This document shows, piece after piece, positions 62,801-64,000 of a stretch of DNA of 64,000 nucleotides. The DNA is from Podarcis pityusensis (lineage: Eukaryota): NCBI GenBank assembly GCA_964106645.2, contig OZ067040.1; one strand, written 5' to 3'. Under the pieces are notes generated by a model, which was not told the DNA's origin, searched no databases, and saw only the letters and a list, made by a program, of their open reading frames with translations. Every line of letters starts with the position of its first letter. Position 1 is the first letter of the stretch. The position numbers were made by a program, and so were the translations under genes.

Positions 62801-64000
62801 CTGGGGTGGAACTCAATGTTGTGCCATTATGAACAAAATGCACAATCATTTCAGCTTGCCAGATGTAACAATCCCCGCCCCAGTGCACACGCCGTTCTGT
62901 GGGTTCTTGCGTACCCGCACCAGTACAATTTTGGGGGTTCACACACTGCAACATGCTGAAGTCACTCGTGCATGCCACACAATGTGCCCTCCTCCTGTCC
63001 TGATGCTGCAGCCATTCTGTCTCCTGGTGGCTCGCTGTGAGGAAGGTCACTAGCCACCTTTCTCAAAGTAAAACATTGGGGTGTTCAAAAAGGATGTGTT
63101 ATACAGCATGTGTGTGCTGGGCCTTCTCAGTTGTGACCCCTCAGCAAAGCGCATGCTCCTGGTGATGGGCATTGCTTAATGCTTGCTTACTTTGTTATCT
63201 CTTTGGTGCCTGGTGAACTCCTTTTCCATTTCTTAGGCCTTTTAACGAATCCAGCACGTGATATAAAAATGTATTTTCCTGCTCTTTTATAGGCTGTTCC
63301 CCCCCCCCCCGCCTGCTGTTAGTTTTGATATCGTCACATTTTCCGTGGTTGCATTTGTTTTTGTGTGTAGTAAAGAAAGTCATTTTGAAAGAGAGGCTAT
63401 ACATATGGTAAAATAATACGGTTTTCTTAAATGGAGGTTGTCCTACAGGCATGCAAAGCAGCAGTCAAGCCAATATAAAGTCTCTGATAAAAAAAAAAAT
63501 CTCTCTCCCACCCGCCTCCCTACCCTCCCGTGGGGCTTAAATCCCTGCTCATTTGAATACCCATATGCTTAAATCCATTCATTCTTTTTCAGTGGATGTG
63601 CTTAAATAAATCCCACTGGAGAAAATGAGAATTAATTATATGTTCAGCTCTTTGCTGAACACATTCTATATAAAGTAAGAATGCACTGTAATAATCCTGT
63701 CTAGAACTCACAACAGGATTATTTGATACAGAAGGTGTCAAACTAACGATTGCCCTGCTATGCACATATGAAGCAAAAGAAATCTTGCCTCAGAATTCCA
63801 CAAGGTTCCACAAGACAAGGTTGCTCATACTCTGTAGTCCAAAGATCCAAGCTCTGTAACATAATACTCCAGATTCTGCAATCTGAATAAATTCTACACA
63901 CACACACACACACACTTGATTTCCTACCATAACGGTTTTCACTTATTTTATTTATTTCAATGTATTTATATCCCGTTTTCATTTAATTTATATATTTCTG

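Noticed and set aside
57772-64000. Further upstream METTL24 exons
   Set aside because: No METTL24-like peptide was recognised; the next exon probably lies beyond the window.

Overview
Eukaryotic (vertebrate) genomic DNA. The repeat content (Sauria SINEs, a Bov-B fragment, L2 fragments, hAT and Tc1/mariner MITEs) points to a squamate reptile, probably a lacertid lizard; this is inference. The + strand carries coding exons 2-15 of CDC40 (PRP17, WD40 splicing factor, 1085-23098; exon 1 lies upstream of the window). All 14 exons have AG/GT boundaries and splice into one open frame ending ...GLIKLWD*. The - strand carries the last two coding exons of METTL24 (57543-57771 and 25995-26309), tail-to-tail with CDC40 and separated by a ~31 kb intron. 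Nearly all other listed ORFs are incidental. The most unusual material is in the METTL24 intron: (1) two unrelated TG..CA solo-LTR-like elements with 5-bp TSDs that each carry an acidic-then-basic reading frame; (2) a CCAAT-array solo LTR nested in one of them; (3) a complete 2.2-kb, TSD-flanked, poly(A)-tailed L1-like element with no reverse transcriptase; (4) a MITE family with shared ends but different internal hairpins. Repeat family names are from recalled consensus features, not a database search.
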